From the NCBI RefSeq assembly GCF_947568905.1, contig NC_079170.1, positions 17,980,001 to 18,044,000 on the forward strand: a stretch of 64,000 nt of DNA, written 5' to 3'. Positions 61,152-64,000 of this stretch are shown in pieces. Below the pieces are notes generated by a model, which had not been told where the DNA came from, ran no database searches, and saw nothing but the letters and a program-made list of their open reading frames with translations. Source of the stretch: Ostrea edulis. Lineage: Eukaryota. The position numbers and the translations under genes were made by a program. The number at the start of each line of letters is the position of its first letter. The stretch's first letter is position 1.

Positions 61152-64000
61152 TACTACAATCTTCGTGGTAAGCGTTCCAATTCCTGCAGCAAGAAGAGAG
61201 GAGAGAGAGAGGAAAAAGAGAGAAAAGAGGGAGAAAGGAAGGGAATTTCAGGGCCGACTTTTCGGCCCCTATTTCTAGGATATTTACTCTCACATTTCCT
61301 TCAATTTGCCTTTAATATGAGCTCATTTTTTAATATTTAGAAGCTATTTTCAGCGCTTAGAATTTCAAGATGATCAGGGAGACTCATTTCTTTCCCCTTT
61401 ATGTTAATTTTTAAGGGTTTTCTGCAAGTCTTTTTTCATTTTCTCCTAAATGTAACTCACTTCAAGGCTAATTTTGCCTCCTTTTTCAGCATTTACATTT
61501 AAATAGCCTTTCAAATCCTTGTATTTTGTGTCATGGTCAATTCCTGTGGTGTAGTGGTTAACACGCTTGTCCCATCAGTGGGCAAGAGATCTGGGTTCGA
61601 ATCCCAGTGGGTTTTCTTTCTTGACACATTATGCAAGTGATTCCAACTCCAAATTTCAAGGAACAACAACAATCTGGTTTTATATGGATTGATATAAAGT
61701 AGAAAACAGCATTTTACATCGATACCAAAGAGCGGCAACACACAGAATACAAATACACTAGATATACAGCCTTTGTTAACTGTAAAATTGGACAAATAAT
61801 AGAGCGGACAAATAAAACATTAAAATAAAGTCATTTACAATACATATCAAGCTTTCCCTCTGCTTTTATGAAGGGCTTGGGACCTTCTAAATTTATACCA
61901 ATGAATTCATATAAATTTAGGCAGCATTAAAAGCTTGTATAGTATTGTTGCTTCTTTTGTAGGTTCTGAATCTTTTTCAGGCCCTCTCTGTCTCACTGGA
62001 AGATACAGCTGGACAGACAGCGCCTGGACTAGGGGTACATGGGGGTGTGAATGAGTTTTACAAGCACTGGAATCCTCCTCAGGAAGTGCCTTGCCTACAA
62101 TGGAGAGAGAGTCATAGTTTTACTGGTTTACAGTACATCCTTAAAATTATATTTATAAATAAAGTTAATTGAATGAAGCTTGGTAAAATTTACAGTGAAT
62201 ATAAAGAAATCAGATTCATGTAGTTCATTATAATTTATTTTTAATGTAATTCGTTACTAATGCAAAGTAACTGTAATTTAATCGATAACTTTTATAAATA
62301 AAGGTAATGGTGATTGTAATGGAAAAATTCCAATGTAATTGTAATTTAATGTATCACATTTCTAAATAATTGACCCCCAGCTTTGACAACACCATTTACC
62401 TCAATGGCAGCCCATCCCACAAACTTTTTGGGTACATACTGGGGACCACAACAGTCGCAGTCTATGTAGATAACCTTGAGTGGGTTGATGCTGGTGTCCA
62501 GTGATCATGGCAGCCAGTCTGATTCAGACATCAGCACCTCTCACGACATGAAATTAGAGTCGATGTACAGCCAAGTACAGTGAAATTTTATGGATAATGC
62601 ATTACAAACATGACATGTCCTCACCTGACTATGCTCAGTCCCCAAGTATCTTAACTACTTCCAGGTTGCAGCTAATGGCAGTCTCACGGTCCACAGTCTC
62701 TTGACACCCACAGAAAGATGAGCCTGGTCAAGCAGGTAAACCTACACCATAATCACACCACAGAAAGGATGCTTGTAGGAAAAGAAAAATAAAGTTGTGA
62801 ATTAAGCATGATATCGCTGTCTCGGCTACTGGCATACTTACCTTTTTTCCTCTTGGCTTCCTCCAGAGACTTTTTGGCCCTACGTTTGCCTCCTTTTCCT
62901 TCAGAATCTTGTATGCCAGTACAGTGGGGGCTTCAAAAGAGGCATGGGCAGCTGCTAGCCTCCTTAGAGACCCTCACACGAAGCTCCCCTGAGTGAATGA
63001 TGGCAAACCGGGGATCGAAAGGGTTCTGGAATCTATGCATGACACTAAATGTAAATGTATGTCTCAGAATTCTCATTTTTACATTCAATGAATCAAGTGC
63101 GTGCTCATATCACTGCGCCAACAAAACAACATGGGGGGTAAGTGACACATCACATAAATGTAGACACGTTTAACCTAAAATTTCCAGTATTTTGAATGAA
63201 ACTGAGTGTGCTAATGTCGAATTTAGTTTAAAAGCAACTGATTTAAGCTTTAAAACAGCTGGGTTTCATACAAAATATCTGAGATTGCAGTTTTCAACCA
63301 ATGTAAACAATGTTGAGAGGACAGGATTCGAGCAGGTCAGTTTTCACTTAAAATACTTATTAAAACCCTATCTGCATGACCGTGCATTTACGGGACAATT
63401 ATTCATGATTAAATCTGTGCTTTAAAGCTGAAAATCAACACAGTTTCACTCAATATATCTTTGAGACACGTTTTTCAAATTTGTACACATTGTGTCAAAA
63501 TAACCGGCTCCGAGCAAACAGGTTTTCACTTAAAAATCACATTTAAACGTTATCTACACGGCCGTGCGTTTACGAGGCAATTCTACATGATTGATTGAAT
63601 TGATTTTAGGCCAAAATCCAGATGCAAATCGGTTAGAATTTAAATTCTGGGCATTTCATCGAAGACCGCGTCCCCTCGAATTTCCTCTATTTACAATGTT
63701 TACAACCTCCCGTTTTGCATAAATAAGCCGATTTCTCTCTGGCTACCCGCCTCAAATCAATGAAACTCATCGTGCTGAATCTTTTGATACCAAATTTGAC
63801 TTCAAACTCCCGATAAAACTCTAGTAAAGTCGATTTTTATATTTTTCTATATAATCAACTACTTACCAAAATGGCGGTCGTCCCAATTTAGAATCTGAAC
63901 GCGGCGCTCTGATTGGACGGAAGCCCAGAATTGGAACCAAGAATTGGAACTTTTGGGACAGAATTGGATCCATTCTGGGCATCTGATTGGTCCAGAAATT
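61152..64000 (-). mobile_element. Dada element B2 (ends at the window edge)
   Basis: Copy of B1; the window ends at CCAGAAATT, just before the expected U6 3' end. Confidence 0.8.
61540..61615 (+). tRNA. tRNA-like cassette in Dada B2
   Basis: Same as 45238-45313. Confidence 0.6.

Larger units (their letters stand above)
35365..64000 (+). repeat. Direct tandem duplication, period ~16.3 kb: unit 1 ~35365-51678, unit 2 ~51679 to window end
   Basis: Matching ORFs are offset by 16314 (35508/51822), 16305 (39425/55730) and 16302 (43240/59542). The sequences differ only by scattered SNPs and small indels. Confidence 0.95.

Overview
AT-rich eukaryotic genomic DNA with spliceosomal introns, snRNA genes and a repeat set typical of bivalves; an oyster (Ostreidae) is the likely source, by inference. 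Left half (1-30 kb): a two-exon gene for a small secreted Cys-rich peptide; a three-exon gene predicted to fuse a DZIP3-type HEPN domain, a TM helix, a NACHT-like NTPase and ankyrin repeats; a NAPE-PLD pseudogene with several lesions; a deleted DIRS retrotransposon; and many MITEs, SINEs and Helentron-like elements. Right half (35.4-64 kb): a near-identical direct tandem duplication with a period of about 16.3 kb, the second unit cut off by the window end. Each unit carries compact intronless ORFs (RING-like, multi-TM, Cys-containing) and a U6 snRNA gene split by two adjacent Dada-type DNA transposons, each holding an internal tRNA-like cassette. Unit 1 continues into a variant U1 snRNA gene and a palindrome/inverted-repeat module. 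The most striking signal is that the Dada termini are imperfect inverted repeats copying the two halves of a pseudo-dyad in U6 centred on the insertion site. All assignments were made by eye from motifs; no database searches were run.
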